A stretch of DNA of 64,000 nt, from IMG/VR virus record IMGVR_UViG_3300033074_002160; one strand, 5' to 3'. The DNA comes from an uncultured virus (IMG/VR IMGVR_UViG_3300033074_002160) (Duplodnaviria > Heunggongvirae > Uroviricota > Caudoviricetes). Shown piece by piece: positions 36,884-45,568 of the stretch. Under the pieces are notes generated by a model, which was not told the origin of the DNA, made no database searches, and worked only from the letters and a program-made list of their open reading frames with translations. The position numbers were made by a program, and so were the translations under genes. Each line of letters starts with the position of its first letter. Position 1 is the first letter of the stretch.

Positions 36884-37176
36884 AGAAGACCCCTCTGCAG
36901 ATGCCCCCGCGCATCGAGTGGCCCACGGCCCTCGTCCTGCTCGGCACCCTCGCCGCGCTCATCGCTGTGTGGGTCATCGCAAGCCCCGAGCAGCGTGACA
37001 CGATGCTGACCGGCGTCGCCGCGCTCGGCTCGGTCGTGCTCGCCGTGATGCGCGCGATGCTACGCGCCCAAGAGACTGAGCCGCCGCCTCCGGCGCTCGG
37101 CAACGGCGCCGACCACCACGAGCCGCTCAGCCGCGACGACGATCGCGGGGATCTCATGCAGAGGGCAGTCGGATGA
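36880..37176 (+). CDS. Putative holin (2 TM)
   Basis: Two hydrophobic helices, charged C-tail, upstream of amidase. Confidence 0.55.
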   Translation: MKKTPLQMPPRIEWPTALVLLGTLAALIAVWVIASPEQRDTMLTGVAALGSVVLAVMRAMLRAQETEPPPPALGNGADHHEPLSRDDDRGDLMQRAVG

Positions 37177-37667
37177 AACACTACTTCGCGGTGCTCGACA
37201 CGGCGGTGCTCACGGCGCTGGCCTTCACCTTCGCCCTCGCGATGCTGCTGCACGGCTGCGGCGGCCCGACGCGCGAGGCGCAGCTCGCTCTCACGACGAC
37301 AGCACGAGCTCTCGCGGTGGCCGACCGCGAGGTCGCGGGGCGCTACGAGACGGCGGCGACCGACGCCCGTGAGCACACCGCGACGTGGGCCGAGTACGAC
37401 GCGGCGCTGCACGACTGGAACGCCGTCGAGGTCGCGCTGCGCGCAGCCCACTCGGCGCTCTTCATGACGCAGGCCGGGCTCGACGCCTGGCGAGACGGTG
37501 CGCAGGGGCTCTGGCTCGCGGCCGTCCCGTGTCTCGTCTCGGCCGTGGACCGGCTCAGGCTGCTGCTCGAGGCGCTCGGGGTCTACCTCGGGCCGGTCAC
37601 AGAGGCCGTGGCGCTCGTGGGCAACTACGCGGGGCAGTGCGTAGCACCCGCACCGGAGGTCCCATGA
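37173..37667 (+). CDS. Helical lipoprotein (possible spanin-like component)
   Basis: Signal peptide with lipobox LHG-C. Confidence 0.6.
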   Translation: MKHYFAVLDTAVLTALAFTFALAMLLHGCGGPTREAQLALTTTARALAVADREVAGRYETAATDAREHTATWAEYDAALHDWNAVEVALRAAHSALFMTQAGLDAWRDGAQGLWLAAVPCLVSAVDRLRLLLEALGVYLGPVTEAVALVGNYAGQCVAPAPEVP

Positions 37668-37858
37668 AGACCGAGCAGATCACCGACATCCTCCGTCTCG
37701 TCGCGCTCCTCACCGAGCTCGCGATCGACGTCGCCAAGGCCATCGCCACCGGGGACGTGACGCGAGTCGAGGCGGTGCTCCCCGCGACGCTCGAGACGAG
37801 CCTCGCGAAGATGCGCGCCGACCTCGAGGCGGCGAAGAAGTTCGGCCCGCGGCCGTGA
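37664..37858 (+). CDS. Small amphipathic protein in lysis cassette
   Basis: GGAGG SD, overlaps both neighbours. Confidence 0.6.
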   Translation: MKTEQITDILRLVALLTELAIDVAKAIATGDVTRVEAVLPATLETSLAKMRADLEAAKKFGPRP

Positions 37859-38526
37859 CCGCGCCGACCCCGCCGCCTGGCGTCCGCTTCTTCGACTGGC
37901 GGCACCTCGCCGATCCGAGCGTCTTCGCCAGGGACGAAGAGGGTGTGGCGCGGGCGAGGTTCACGAGGAACGGCAAGATCGTCGTGCGCCCTGCCGGGAC
38001 GGTCGACGCGATCACCTACCACCAGACCGCCTGCGTCTACGGCGTCTCGCCGTCGCAGCTCCGGGCGGCGGGCGGGGACAAGTACATCGCGCGGAACAAG
38101 CGCGCGATGCGGATCCCCGCGCCGCTCGTCACCTTCAAGGACGGCACGGCCATCGCGACGGCCCCGTTCTCGTGGTTCCTGTACCACGCGAACGCGTTGA
38201 ACACGCGCTCGCTCGGGATGGAGAACGAGGGCAAGTACGACGGCGACGAGCACCTCGGACAGGTGCCGGCGCTGCAGGTCGAGGCGATCCACTTCCTCAC
38301 CGCGTGGGCGGTGTACGTCGCCCGCGAGGAGTACGGCTACGACATCCGCTTCGGCTTCGCGCACCGGCAGAGCCACCCGCGCAAGACGGGCGACCCCGGG
38401 CCCGAGCTCTGGCTCAAGGGCGTCATGCCGACAGGCCTCACACTCCTTCTCGACGAGGTCTTCGGGGTAGGGAAGAAGCGCGGGCATCCGATCCCGCCGT
38501 CTTGGTCGAAAGACGTTGCCCCGTAA
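37855..38526 (+). CDS. N-acetylmuramoyl-L-alanine amidase (endolysin, Amidase_2-like)
   Basis: ITYHQTA, HAN..N.RSLGME.EG, Q.EA, AHRQ...K..DPG. Confidence 0.85.
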   Translation: MTAPTPPPGVRFFDWRHLADPSVFARDEEGVARARFTRNGKIVVRPAGTVDAITYHQTACVYGVSPSQLRAAGGDKYIARNKRAMRIPAPLVTFKDGTAIATAPFSWFLYHANALNTRSLGMENEGKYDGDEHLGQVPALQVEAIHFLTAWAVYVAREEYGYDIRFGFAHRQSHPRKTGDPGPELWLKGVMPTGLTLLLDEVFGVGKKRGHPIPPSWSKDVAP

Positions 38527-38550
38527 GGCAGAAGGAAATAAGGTCGCACC

Positions 38551-39000
38551 ATGGCACGATACGCAGCCGAGTTGAACCGCACCGCCAGCCTCACCCTCGC
38601 TGTCGGCACGCTGACCTGCGACGCCACCACGCCGCGCCGGGGCAAGCTCTACGAGCTGCTCTTCGGCTCGGAGGCGTCGCCCGCCGACAACAGCTTCCTC
38701 TGGCAGGTGCAGCGCTGCACCACGGCAGGAACCTCGACCGGCGTCACGCCGACCGCGCTCGACAGCGCGGACGCGGTGGCCCTGTCGGACGTGGGCGAGA
38801 ACCACACCGTCACCCCGACGCTGACGGCGGGCGCGATCCTGCTCAGCGTCCCGCTGAATCAGCGCGCCACGTTCCGCTGGGTCGCGGCGCCGTACGGCGA
38901 GCTCGTCTACCCGGCGACGGCGAACAACGGCCTGGCGATCGAGACGCCCACCGCGAGCCTCGTGGCCGTGACCGCGACGATGCACTTCGAGGAGCAGTGA
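38551..39000 (+). CDS. Putative virion protein (149 aa, beta-rich, jelly-roll-like)
   Basis: Thr/Ala/Val-rich beta pattern ending in FEE. Confidence 0.55.
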   Translation: MARYAAELNRTASLTLAVGTLTCDATTPRRGKLYELLFGSEASPADNSFLWQVQRCTTAGTSTGVTPTALDSADAVALSDVGENHTVTPTLTAGAILLSVPLNQRATFRWVAAPYGELVYPATANNGLAIETPTASLVAVTATMHFEEQ

Positions 39001-39445
39001 GCAAGGGGGAGAAGGCGGCGCCGAGCCGCACTCTCCTGCTCCGCGTCTCCGTCACCGAGGCGTGGTTCGCTTCGGTGGCCGGCGGCGTCGTCACGCTCGA
39101 GCGCGAGAAGCACGGGGCCGTCGTGTCCCGTGTCGATCTGCCGCTCGACACGCTCCGAGGAGCGCTGCGAGGCGCCTCGTGACGCTGGCGATGCGCCCGC
39201 AGGGGTACGCCATCGCTGTGGGCGGCGGACGCCCGCAGGAGTGGGACACGCACACCTGTGCCCACTGCCAGAAGATCATCTTCGTGAAGAAGGACCCAGG
39301 CGGCTTCTGCCGCAGGTGCATGAAGCCGGTGTGTGGCCCGTGCGCCGACGAGGGCTCGTGCAAGCCTTTCCTGAAGCGCATCGAGGAGTACGAGGCAGCT
39401 GCCCTTCGAGGTCGGCGGCTCGACGCACTCTTGCGCACGGGGTGA
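38997..39445 (+). CDS. Two small genes: 38997-39182 hypothetical; 39191-39445 zinc-finger protein
   Basis: Second has CAHC, CRRC, CGPC and a further Cys. Confidence 0.6.
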
Positions 39446-39449
39446 CCCC

Positions 39450-40520
39450 GTGGCGCTGACGATCCCCAGCATCATCCCGGCGGCGAACCTCAAGCTCTGG
39501 CTCAGGTCGAACTCAGGGGTCACCTACGGCGCGACGGTGCCGCAGGTGGCGGACTGGGACGACGGGAGCACGAACGCGAACAACATGGTCCCGCCCGCGG
39601 CGCGCCCGGACCTCACGAGCGGCGCGATCGTCTTCCAGTCCGCGTCGAGCGAGTACGGCTACATCGCCCACAACGCCTCGCTCGACTTCACGACCAACCT
39701 GACCATCGCGATGCGCGTGCGCCCCGACTCGCTCGCGGGCGCGATGTGCTGGCTCTCGCAGAGCGGCACCGGCGGCGGCAACTGGTCGGTGCAGTACGCG
39801 GGCGAGTTCCGCTTCTGGTCCGGCACCCCGGGCGTGAGCGGTCTCGGCTTCCCCGGCGGTGCGTTGTCGGTGGGCACCTGGGTGACGATCGTCATCATCT
39901 ACAGCCCGAGCTCGATTCGCGTCCGCATGGACGGCGTCGAGATGACGGCGAGCGCCGCGTACGGGACCATCCCTGTGACCTTGGCTGCGGCAGCTCTCGA
40001 GGTCTGCGTCGCGGCGTACCGAGATCCAGGGCAGTACGCGGACGTCGCGTTCGAGGAGATCGTCCTCACGGACGCAGCGCTCAGCCCGCAGCAGATCCTC
40101 GACGTCGAGTACGTCCTCACCTACGGCCCGCAGTACGGCCTCGCGTCGGCCGGCGTGACCCAGCTCGACTTCGGCGTCTTCCCCGGCGCGAGCGACGCCA
40201 GCATCGCGGTGACCGGGCAGGCGAGCATTCAGTCCGGGTCCCTTGTCGAGGCGTGGTTGACCCCCATCGCCACGCCGGACCACTCGGCAGATGAGCACCT
40301 CGTCGAGACGATCCAGGTGCGCGCCGGCAACATCGTCCCGGGCGTCGGCTTCACCATCTACGGCTGGAACACGAGTCAGATGAACGAACCGTTGGAGACC
40401 GTGGGCCCGTCGAAGTTCAGATCGGCAGCGGCGACCGTCTACGGCTACGTCTCTCCGAGCAGAGGCGGCCAAGGGACGTTGCTCTACGGCTTGTGGAGCG
40501 TCGCGTGGGTTTGGGTGTAA
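39450..40520 (+). CDS. LamG/concanavalin A-like domain protein (spike / receptor-binding candidate)
   Basis: LKLWL..., V..W.D.S.N.N, TIAM.V.P, G.W..IVIIY...V.MDG, EIVL.D.ALS...I. Confidence 0.78.
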   Translation: MALTIPSIIPAANLKLWLRSNSGVTYGATVPQVADWDDGSTNANNMVPPAARPDLTSGAIVFQSASSEYGYIAHNASLDFTTNLTIAMRVRPDSLAGAMCWLSQSGTGGGNWSVQYAGEFRFWSGTPGVSGLGFPGGALSVGTWVTIVIIYSPSSIRVRMDGVEMTASAAYGTIPVTLAAAALEVCVAAYRDPGQYADVAFEEIVLTDAALSPQQILDVEYVLTYGPQYGLASAGVTQLDFGVFPGASDASIAVTGQASIQSGSLVEAWLTPIATPDHSADEHLVETIQVRAGNIVPGVGFTIYGWNTSQMNEPLETVGPSKFRSAAATVYGYVSPSRGGQGTLLYGLWSVAWVWV

Positions 40521-40521
40521 G

Positions 40522-41033
40522 ATGTCGGCCATGGATCAGGAGCAGCATCGCAAGAACCTCCAGGCGCAGCTCAAGCGCGACGGCGGCGTCTTGCCCGATG
40601 CGCCCGACGGACCGGTTCTCGCCGGGTTCGAGGCGCTGAGCCTCGCGCAGGGCATCGAGTCCGAGCTGAACCGGGCGAAGGGCGTCGGACACTCCAAGAT
40701 CCGCATCAACATGGACCTCGACGACGCGGCGCAGCTCGCGTCTTTTCTGCGTCGCGCGACGCTGCTGGGGGCGTGATGGCTGCGATCTGCTTGTTCACCA
40801 CGAAGGATCGCGACGCCTCGCACCGTGAGCTCGAGCGCGTCCTCGCCGAGGGCACGCACCCGAAGGCCGAGTGCCGCGAAATGGACGCTTCCGGTGACTA
40901 CACCGTGTGGTCCGGGCCGGCGCGAGAGGACGAGCCCGCGGAGCCGACGCCAGAGGCGATGCTCGCGAGCCTCGACGACCGAGCGCTGAACCGGCTCGCC
41001 GAGCTGCTCGCGGCTCGCATGAAGGGCGGCTGA
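40522..41033 (+). CDS. Two small hypothetical genes (40522/40531-40776; 40776-41033)
   Basis: Coupled ORFs with GC3 bias. Confidence 0.6.
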
Positions 41034-41034
41034 G

Positions 41035-41691
41035 ATGGCGATTCAGATCCAGGGCAACGGCGGCGTCGTCGCTGAGGTCGGCGGCACCGGCTACCGAGCG
41101 CTCATCGTCTCGCAGAAGCCGGTGGAGTACGGCGCGCTCGGCATCTACCGCAAGAGCCTGCTGAGCGGCACGATGGCCGCAGCCCTAGCAGCGAACGCGA
41201 ACATCTACGCGTGGCGCTGGGGCGACGCGACGCGCCTCGGGGTCGTGCAGAAGGTCACGCTCGACGGTCTCGTCGGGTCCGCCACGGCGTTCACCGCGGG
41301 CTTCGGCAACGTCCGCATGATGGCGGCGCGCTCGTACACTGCGTCTTCTTCAGGCGGCACGGGCGGTACGCTCACCGGCAACAACTCGAAGTTGCGCACC
41401 TCGATGGGCACGACGCTGCTCACCGACGTGCGCATCGCTTCGACCGCTGCGCTCACCGCGGGCACGTTCACGGCCGACACCGACCCCATGGCGCTGGTCA
41501 GCCTGAGCTTTGGCATCGTGGTCTCGGTGCAGTATACGGGCCAGGTCGTTCTGTTCGGCGAGGACATCGGCCCGTCGCAGCCCTACGTCTGCGTGCAGAA
41601 CGAGGGCTTCACGCTTCAGGCCACAGTCCCCGCGACGGGCACCTGGCAGTTCGGTGTCACGACGACCTGGGCCGAAGTGACGTCGTACTGA
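41035..41691 (+). CDS. Putative virion protein (218 aa, beta-rich)
   Basis: Gly/Thr-rich; C-terminal QNEGF.L...W.EV pattern. Confidence 0.55.
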   Translation: MAIQIQGNGGVVAEVGGTGYRALIVSQKPVEYGALGIYRKSLLSGTMAAALAANANIYAWRWGDATRLGVVQKVTLDGLVGSATAFTAGFGNVRMMAARSYTASSSGGTGGTLTGNNSKLRTSMGTTLLTDVRIASTAALTAGTFTADTDPMALVSLSFGIVVSVQYTGQVVLFGEDIGPSQPYVCVQNEGFTLQATVPATGTWQFGVTTTWAEVTSY

Positions 41692-41716
41692 TTCTCGCTG
41701 CCGCGAGGGGGCGAGC

Positions 41717-44700
41717 GTGTCACTTCTCCTAGCCGGAACACCGCCTCTTCTACGGCAGCCCGAGTGCCCGCAGCCGCGGCGCACGCCACCACCGCCGACG
41801 CCGCAGGCGTTCTTCTTCGTCGCTGCGCCCGCGGTCAAGGTCCCCGACTTCGGCTGGATACCCGAGTGCCCGCAGCCGCGGCGCACGCCCCCGCCGCCGA
41901 CGCCGCAGGCGTTCTTCTGGCCGCCGCAGGAGTACAAGCAGCTCGTCGACACGCGCCTTCGTGCGGTGGACGAACTGCCGCCTCGGGGCCCCGCGCGTCC
42001 GGTGCCTGCGGGCGAGACTGCGCCGCTGCGCGACCGGGCGATCGCCTTCTTCGACCCGACATGGCCACAGCCACCCCCACGCCGACCGACCCAGCAGCCA
42101 CCGGCTCTGGTCCAGCCGCAGCGCGAGCGCACCTCGACGTTCTTCGGAGCGGTCTACCCGGACCGCCTGACCCGTCCGGCGCCGCAGCAGCCGCAGAGCC
42201 TCGTAGAGCCGCGTCGCGAGCGCACTGCGATCCTCCTGCCTCCGGTCGCGCCTGACCGCACCGTCCGACCCGCGCCGCAGCAGCCGCAGAGCCTCGTCGA
42301 GCCGCGCCGCGAACGCACCGCGACCTTCTTCGACGCGGTGTACCCGGATCGGATCGTCCGGCCGACGCCGCAGCAGCCCGACACGTCGGTGCTCGCGCCT
42401 GACACGACTATCCCCGCGCCGACGTACTTCGGTGCGGTCTACCCAGATCGCATCGCGCGTCCTGAGCCGCAGCAGCCGCAGGCCCTCGTCGAGCCGCGGC
42501 GCGAACGGAACGTCTTCTTCGACGCGGTGTATCCGGACCGCATCGTCCGGCCGACGCCGCAGCAGCCTGCCGCGTTCCTCGAGCCGCGGCGAGAGCGGAA
42601 CGTCTTCTTCGGCGCGGTCTACCCGGACCGCATCGTTCGCCCTGTCCCCCAGCAGCCCGACTCCTTCGTCGAGCCGAGGCGTGAGCGGAGCTCCGCCTTC
42701 TTCGGTGCGTTCTACCCGGATCGGATCGTTCGTCCGGGGCCGCAGCAGCCCGACAGCTTCGTCGAACCCCGCCGCGAGCGCACGGCGATCTTCCTGCCTC
42801 CGGTCTACCCGGACCGCCTGACTCGTCCCGCGCCGCAGCAGCCGCAGAGCCTCGTCGAGCCGCGGCGCGAGCGGACAGCGATCTTCCTGCCTCCGGTCGC
42901 GCCCGACCGCATCGTCCGTCCCGCGCCGCAGCAGCCTGCCGCGTTCCTTGAGCCGAGGCGGGAGCGGAGCTCCACCTTCTTCGGGGCGTTCTACCCGGAT
43001 CGGATCGTCCGTCCGACGCCGCAGCAGCCGCCGAGCCTCATTGAGCCTCGGAGGGAACGCACCGCGACCTTCTTCGGGGCGTTCTACCCGGATCGGATCG
43101 TCCGGCCGGCTCCGCAGCAGCCGCCGAGCCTCGTTGAGCCGCGGAGGGAACGCACCGCGATCTTCCTCGCGCCCGTGGCGCCTGATCGGATCGTCCGGCC
43201 GACGCCGCAGCATCCGCAGGCCCTCGTCGAGCCGCGGCGAGAGCGGAACGTCTTCTTCGGCGCGGTCTACCCGGACCGCATCGTTCGGCCGACGCCGCAG
43301 CAGCCCGACGCCTTCGTCGAGCCGAGGCGCGAGCGCACCGACCTCTTCTTCGACGCGGTCTACCCGGACCGCATCGTTCGGCCGACGCCGCAGCAGCCCG
43401 ACGCCTTCGTCGAGCCGCGCATCGTCTTCCCGCCGACGTACTTCGGTGCGTTCGCGCCAGACCGCATCGTTCGCCCTGCGCCGCAGCAGCCCGACTCCTT
43501 CGTCGAGCCGCGCCGTGAGCGCACCGCGATCTTCCTCGAGCCGGTCGCGCCCGACCGCATCACGCGTCCTGAGCCGCAGCAGCCGCAGGCCCTCGTCGAG
43601 CCACGCCTCGTCATCGCGCCGACGTACTTCGCGGCGTTCTACCCGGACCGCATCGTTCGGCCGACGCCGCAGCAGCCTGCCGCGTTCCTCGAGCCGCGGC
43701 GCGAGCGGAGCTCCACCTTCTTCGGCGCGGTGTACCCCGACCGCATCGTCAAGCCGGCGCCGCAGCAGCCGAAGGCCCAGTGCGAGCCGCAGTGGTCGCC
43801 TGGGGTGGCAGCGCCGACCTACACGCTGACGGTCTACCCCGACCGCCTCGTGCGGCCTGCTCCGCAGCAGCCTGACGCCGTCACGGGCTCGCCCGAGCCG
43901 GTACCGAACGTCCTCGTCTTCTTCGGGGCGTTCTACCCCGACGCGTTCGCGCGTCTCGTGGCGACCGCGGCCGGGGCCTTCGCGCCTCCGTTCCAGCCGC
44001 CGGCACCTCCCCCGCCTCCGCCCCCGCCTCCGCCGCCCAGGCCGCGCCCGCGCAACATCGGTGGTGGGGACGGCGTCGGCTACGGCGCGAGCCCGGCGGC
44101 GCTCTACTTCGACACCACGGACTGCGACGTCGACGACGCGCTGTTCAGCTACCTCGAGACGTGCCAGCCGCCCGGGTCGCGGCTCGCCACGGTGCCGAAG
44201 GTCGTGACGACCACGGAGCTCGGGGCGGCCGAGCTCGTGCGCAAGGCGGAGAAGGCCTCGCGCAACGCGGCGAAGGTGCTCCACCCCGACCTGCACCCCG
44301 AGCTCTCGGACGCGGAGCGCGGGCGGCTCTCGGACAGTTTCCGCGAGATCAACGAGGTCGTCGCCTCGGTGCGTGACGTGCTCCGCACGGCGACCAAGCC
44401 CGTCGACGTCGACCAGGAGGAGTGGCAGAAGTTCCTCGAGAACAACCGCCCTCGCGAGGCCTCGCCGCTCGTGTCGCAGGCCGCGGTGGCTGTCGAGGAT
44501 CGGTTCAGGCAGGCGCTGCTCGAGACCGAGGCCAAGATCGAGGCCCAGGTCGACGCCAAGGTCGACCAGCGGCTCGACGCGGTGCTCGACCGCATCGTCG
44601 ACAAGGTCGTGGCGCGCATGCCGGCGCCGCTGCCCCAGCTGCCCGTCGTCGCCCCGACGGTGCAGCACACGCACACGACCGTGGTGCAGGCGGCTCCGAC

Positions 44701-44842
44701 GAACTACCTGCCGATCGCCCTCGCGGCGGCTGTGGGCCTCGGCGTGGGCTACCTGCTCACGCGGACGGTCGAGGCCCCCAAGCCCAAGAGGGCACCGAAG
44801 AAGGCCAAGAAGGGGCGCAAGAAGCGGCGCAAGAGGGCCTAG
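41717..44842 (+). CDS. 1041-aa repeat protein: ~20 Pro/Arg-rich repeats, polyproline, J-domain-like HPD segment, C-terminal TM and basic tail
   Basis: Repeats FF.AVYPDRIVRP.PQQP...VEPRRER; KVLHPDLHP...FREINE; IALAAAVGLGVGYLL then K/R tail. Confidence 0.85.
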   Translation: MSLLLAGTPPLLRQPECPQPRRTPPPPTPQAFFFVAAPAVKVPDFGWIPECPQPRRTPPPPTPQAFFWPPQEYKQLVDTRLRAVDELPPRGPARPVPAGETAPLRDRAIAFFDPTWPQPPPRRPTQQPPALVQPQRERTSTFFGAVYPDRLTRPAPQQPQSLVEPRRERTAILLPPVAPDRTVRPAPQQPQSLVEPRRERTATFFDAVYPDRIVRPTPQQPDTSVLAPDTTIPAPTYFGAVYPDRIARPEPQQPQALVEPRRERNVFFDAVYPDRIVRPTPQQPAAFLEPRRERNVFFGAVYPDRIVRPVPQQPDSFVEPRRERSSAFFGAFYPDRIVRPGPQQPDSFVEPRRERTAIFLPPVYPDRLTRPAPQQPQSLVEPRRERTAIFLPPVAPDRIVRPAPQQPAAFLEPRRERSSTFFGAFYPDRIVRPTPQQPPSLIEPRRERTATFFGAFYPDRIVRPAPQQPPSLVEPRRERTAIFLAPVAPDRIVRPTPQHPQALVEPRRERNVFFGAVYPDRIVRPTPQQPDAFVEPRRERTDLFFDAVYPDRIVRPTPQQPDAFVEPRIVFPPTYFGAFAPDRIVRPAPQQPDSFVEPRRERTAIFLEPVAPDRITRPEPQQPQALVEPRLVIAPTYFAAFYPDRIVRPTPQQPAAFLEPRRERSSTFFGAVYPDRIVKPAPQQPKAQCEPQWSPGVAAPTYTLTVYPDRLVRPAPQQPDAVTGSPEPVPNVLVFFGAFYPDAFARLVATAAGAFAPPFQPPAPPPPPPPPPPPRPRPRNIGGGDGVGYGASPAALYFDTTDCDVDDALFSYLETCQPPGSRLATVPKVVTTTELGAAELVRKAEKASRNAAKVLHPDLHPELSDAERGRLSDSFREINEVVASVRDVLRTATKPVDVDQEEWQKFLENNRPREASPLVSQAAVAVEDRFRQALLETEAKIEAQVDAKVDQRLDAVLDRIVDKVVARMPAPLPQLPVVAPTVQHTHTTVVQAAPTNYLPIALAAAVGLGVGYLLTRTVEAPKPKRAPKKAKKGRKKRRKRA
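42110..43950 (+). repeat. Coding tandem repeat array, about 19-20 units of ~90-102 bp
   Basis: Units keep frame and vary mainly at synonymous positions. Confidence 0.92.
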
Positions 44843-44846
44843 AGCA

Positions 44847-45485
44847 TCAGCGGTCGAGCTCGGGGGCTCGGTAGAAGTAGTTGAGGGACGAGCCGCACGA
44901 CACCCGCTCCCAGCCGGCGCGAGCTGCGCGCTCGTGGTCTCGGCACCCGCGTGCGGTCTGCACCTCGCCGCAGCCCCAGTGATGTGGAGCCGCCGAGCAC
45001 TGATGCGCGACCTCGCCGCTCACGATGCGCCGTGCGTGCTCGACCAGAGCGAGCCACGCGCCGCGCCGCCGCGCCCACGGAACCCCGGCACGCCAGCAGC
45101 CGGGCTCGGACCCGGTCTCGTCGAGCCAGGCAACGTCACACGCCGCGTCCTGGCGCGCCTGATCGAACGCACGGCCTCGGGAGTAGGCGCGGGCCGCGTC
45201 GGCGAGAGAGGCGCCGCCTCGAGCGCGTGCGAGGCTGCGCTGTACGCGGGTCAGAACGGCGTAGATCGCCGGGCAGTCGTCGCTGAACGTCCACTGCCCA
45301 CGCCGCATCGCGGGGAAGCCGGCCTCGTGCCGGCACATGCGAGCGAGCGCGAGGACGTCGGAGATGTCGCGCTCTTGCGCCGTCGCAGGCGGCGGCCCGC
45401 ACCAGGCCAGCGCCAGCGAGGTGCCGATCAGGAGGAAGCACAACGCGATGTCGAGAGGACGCATCGGGGAGAGAGACTTCGTCAT
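44847..45485 (-). CDS. SleB/Hydrolase_2-like cell wall hydrolase with signal or lipoprotein anchor
   Basis: Hydrophobic leader ending LAW-C; LALARMCRHEAG (catalytic Glu position), AI.AVL.R, terminal N.FYR. Confidence 0.5.
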   Translation of the reverse strand: MTKSLSPMRPLDIALCFLLIGTSLALAWCGPPPATAQERDISDVLALARMCRHEAGFPAMRRGQWTFSDDCPAIYAVLTRVQRSLARARGGASLADAARAYSRGRAFDQARQDAACDVAWLDETGSEPGCWRAGVPWARRRGAWLALVEHARRIVSGEVAHQCSAAPHHWGCGEVQTARGCRDHERAARAGWERVSCGSSLNYFYRAPELDR

Positions 45486-45568
45486 GGCCGAAGGCGTAGC
45501 ACGGGCCCTCGGAGTAGGACAAACGTCGTACACATGCGAGACGGCGCGGAGTGGGATAGGCTCGCGAG

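Noticed and set aside
42110..43950. Possible CRISPR array
   Set aside because: Units are contiguous in-frame coding repeats with synonymous variation, no unique spacers and no cas operon
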